Virus record (IMG/VR): IMGVR_UViG_3300038301_000548
Span: 1 to 64,000 of that record
Reading direction: 5' to 3' (one strand)
Origin: a virus
DNA length: 64,000 nt
The notes below the pieces were generated by a model, which searched no databases, was not told the DNA's origin, and worked only from the letters and a program-made list of their open reading frames with translations. A program made the position numbers and the translations under genes. Positions within the stretch are counted from its first letter, which is position 1; the number at the start of each line of letters is the position of its first letter. Shown here in pieces: positions 61,904 to 64,000 of the stretch.

Positions 61904-64000
61904 TTAATCGTCAAAAGAGGCACCTGAACGTGTTATAACAAAATCAACTGCAATAAACTCTATTGCTCTTGCAGGCTTCAGAAAAATCTTAGCATACATT
62001 ATGTTTCTATCGACAAGATCAGGTGTTGTCGTGGTCTCGTCTAGGACAACCTTGAAATCAGCTAGGCCCAATCTAGTTTGCACACTTTCAAGCATTGGGA
62101 CAACCAAACTCTTAAACCTGTTCCATGTTGCTGGAAGGTTATTATCAAACAATAGAGAGTTAGAGATTCTTGAAACTTCCTTTTTGACGAAAATCAATAA
62201 GCGTCTAACGTTTATTCGATCAAGAGCCGATTTGGTGCTTTGGAGCGTCTTTTGACCAAAAATTACAATCCCTTCCGATACGAACGAAGCGATTGGGTTA
62301 ATATTCGCATCATACAAGACATCTCGGTCTCGAGAAAGAAGCTGTTCTGATACCTGCAGAACAGGCACACCAGCGTTGCCCTCATTCAGGCCTCCGCGGT
62401 TGAATCCAGCTGGCGCAAACCAGACTTCATCTCGCTGCTCTGTGTAAGCCATAGCACCTAGGGCTACGACAGAAGGTGGTACCCAAACTGGACTTCCATC
62501 TATTGTGTCTCTTATCTGCACCCATGGGTAGTATGCGCACCCATAAGAAGAGTTTATTCGTCTCTGTATAAGAGCCTTGGCAGACAGGCTTGGAGTGGTG
62601 CCGTCGACGCGGGATTCGAAATTAGGGGCATAAGCTTCCGATTCTGGCTTATAAATGTTTGGAAGATCAACAATAGCTAGTGCGTCAGCTCGGGCTTCAC
62701 AAGTTTGAATTAACTTTGCAGTAAGATTCTTGTTGGAGATACCGGGCATTGTAGCCAGCTTCATCTCTACCATTTCAGGACTCTTAACCATCTCAATTGC
62801 CCTATCGATAGAGGCATAAGCGTAGCTATTAGCTGTGGTGGCATCTGGGCCCACACAATTAGACCGAATGGACATATTAAAAGGATCAGCTTCGGTTATA
62901 TTAACTCCGTCGCTACCACCTGCGAGCGGCAGAGCGAAAGACCGGACAACATCGAGAAGACCGGCGGCTGTGTGGCCTGTTCGAGCAACGTTATGGGTGT
63001 AAGAGTGATTCGTCGACGGCGCCGGTGCGGTGCCCGCGGTCTGGGATGAGCCTGAAACCCATACAGCCCTATCTAGATCATAACTTGAAATGTCCGTTCC
63101 GGGATCTGTCGCACCAGTAATAACAACATCATCCAAAGAAAAGATGTATGCATGCTGAGTGCTGGCGCCGGCGAGGCCGGACTGCTGCTGTGCTGTCAAA
63201 GTCGAATAATCTGCAAGTATTCTATAATAATCTCTCAAGCCGTCGTTTACTGACTGGAAATTTTGCGCGTATTTATCTCCGTCGCGGCTGAGGTTGTAGG
63301 GTGTTGCGCCAAACACGTATTCGCCGTTTCCTTGGCTTGGGTTTGTAGAGCCCGTTTGAACAGTTGGTGGTGTTGGCCAGTTGAAAACCACCGTGTCGAG
63401 GCCGCCGTGGAAAAGAACGCCTTCAGCTTCTGCAGCGTCGCTGTCGATGGGCCAGGTGGGTGTGGCGCCGGCGGTGTTCTTAAACACCTTTCCGTTGTCA
63501 GCCGGCGAATAAGAAAGCTTCTTTGGTATAACGGGCCCGAGGTAACCAAAAGGGACAGCTGTTTTGTCACTGGGTCCTTTTCCTGCGAAAGAAGGATTCA
63601 TTTCTACTCTTATAAAACTAGATTTATTGGCATAATCTCCATAGATCCTATTTCTTTTCTGCTTTATGTCCCACTTAAAATACTGGTTACCTATTCTGTT
63701 TGCTATATAGTCTTCTGAATTGGGGTTTAAATTAAGGTTTTCAAAATTGTCTAGAACTATGATCGAGTCGTTTACTACCTGCTTTACAACAACATCAAAT
63801 CGGCCGTAAGGACTGATGGCTGCTGGGTCTGCAATTTTAATATTTTGAACCTCTATATACATGTCCAAGGATTGTTCTCCTTCCTGTATACTGTGTATTC
63901 TAAATAGCCTTTCTGCACCTGCAGCTAAATCAGTTGCTTTGGCGGCCCCGAAGGTGCCATTGTACTGTGGAATGACCCAAGGGGCGCTAGAGTGCTCAAG
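61904..64000 (-). CDS. Tail sheath protein (gp18-like), 5' end outside the window
   Basis: YYPWV, WFAPAGFNRG, NINPI, GQKT, INVRRL; frame is open to the window edge. Confidence 0.95.
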   Translation of the reverse strand, partial: LEHSSAPWVIPQYNGTFGAAKATDLAAGAERLFRIHSIQEGEQSLDMYIEVQNIKIADPAAISPYGRFDVVVKQVVNDSIIVLDNFENLNLNPNSEDYIANRIGNQYFKWDIKQKRNRIYGDYANKSSFIRVEMNPSFAGKGPSDKTAVPFGYLGPVIPKKLSYSPADNGKVFKNTAGATPTWPIDSDAAEAEGVLFHGGLDTVVFNWPTPPTVQTGSTNPSQGNGEYVFGATPYNLSRDGDKYAQNFQSVNDGLRDYYRILADYSTLTAQQQSGLAGASTQHAYIFSLDDVVITGATDPGTDISSYDLDRAVWVSGSSQTAGTAPAPSTNHSYTHNVARTGHTAAGLLDVVRSFALPLAGGSDGVNITEADPFNMSIRSNCVGPDATTANSYAYASIDRAIEMVKSPEMVEMKLATMPGISNKNLTAKLIQTCEARADALAIVDLPNIYKPESEAYAPNFESRVDGTTPSLSAKALIQRRINSSYGCAYYPWVQIRDTIDGSPVWVPPSVVALGAMAYTEQRDEVWFAPAGFNRGGLNEGNAGVPVLQVSEQLLSRDRDVLYDANINPIASFVSEGIVIFGQKTLQSTKSALDRINVRRLLIFVKKEVSRISNSLLFDNNLPATWNRFKSLVVPMLESVQTRLGLADFKVVLDETTTTPDLVDRNIMYAKIFLKPARAIEFIAVDFVITRSGASFDD

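Overview
This window is a 64-kb fragment of a large T4-like contractile-tailed (myovirus/jumbo-type) bacteriophage genome. Essentially all real genes are on the minus strand and use genetic code 11. Reading from the high coordinates down (direction of transcription): a tail module (sheath, tube, chaperone, tape-measure-like, tube initiator, gp53-like, hub); a replication/recombination block (minimal PolA-family polymerase, degenerate tubulin, DUF262, gp32-like SSB, RecA/UvsX, 5'-3' exonuclease, DnaB/gp41 helicase, class II RNR, GroES, ThyX, DnaE, dUTPase, GuaB, ClpP, GroEL); then an accessory region (LeuA-type regulatory domain, R-M-like pair, thymidine kinase, UvsE, two tRNAs, a MoxR-type ATPase/VWA pair, fatty-acid hydroxylase). 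A MYXO-CTERM-like thrombospondin-repeat protein and a MopE-repeat/VWA lipoprotein point to a myxobacterial (Myxococcota-like) host; this is an inference. The most striking feature is an array of 20 tandem, divergent ~50-70 aa 'MKVGDLV...LEVISESR' small beta-barrel genes at 11530-15145, plus a satellite of three at 256-764. They are joined by a conserved nucleotide junction (coding strand RGTGAAAGTCGGTGA) that serves at once as stop of one gene and start of the next, with the Shine-Dalgarno encoded just upstream. A repeated sigma70 promoter module punctuates the array. The whole has the architecture of an in-frame-preserving, shufflable mini-gene cassette library; its function and mechanism are unproven.
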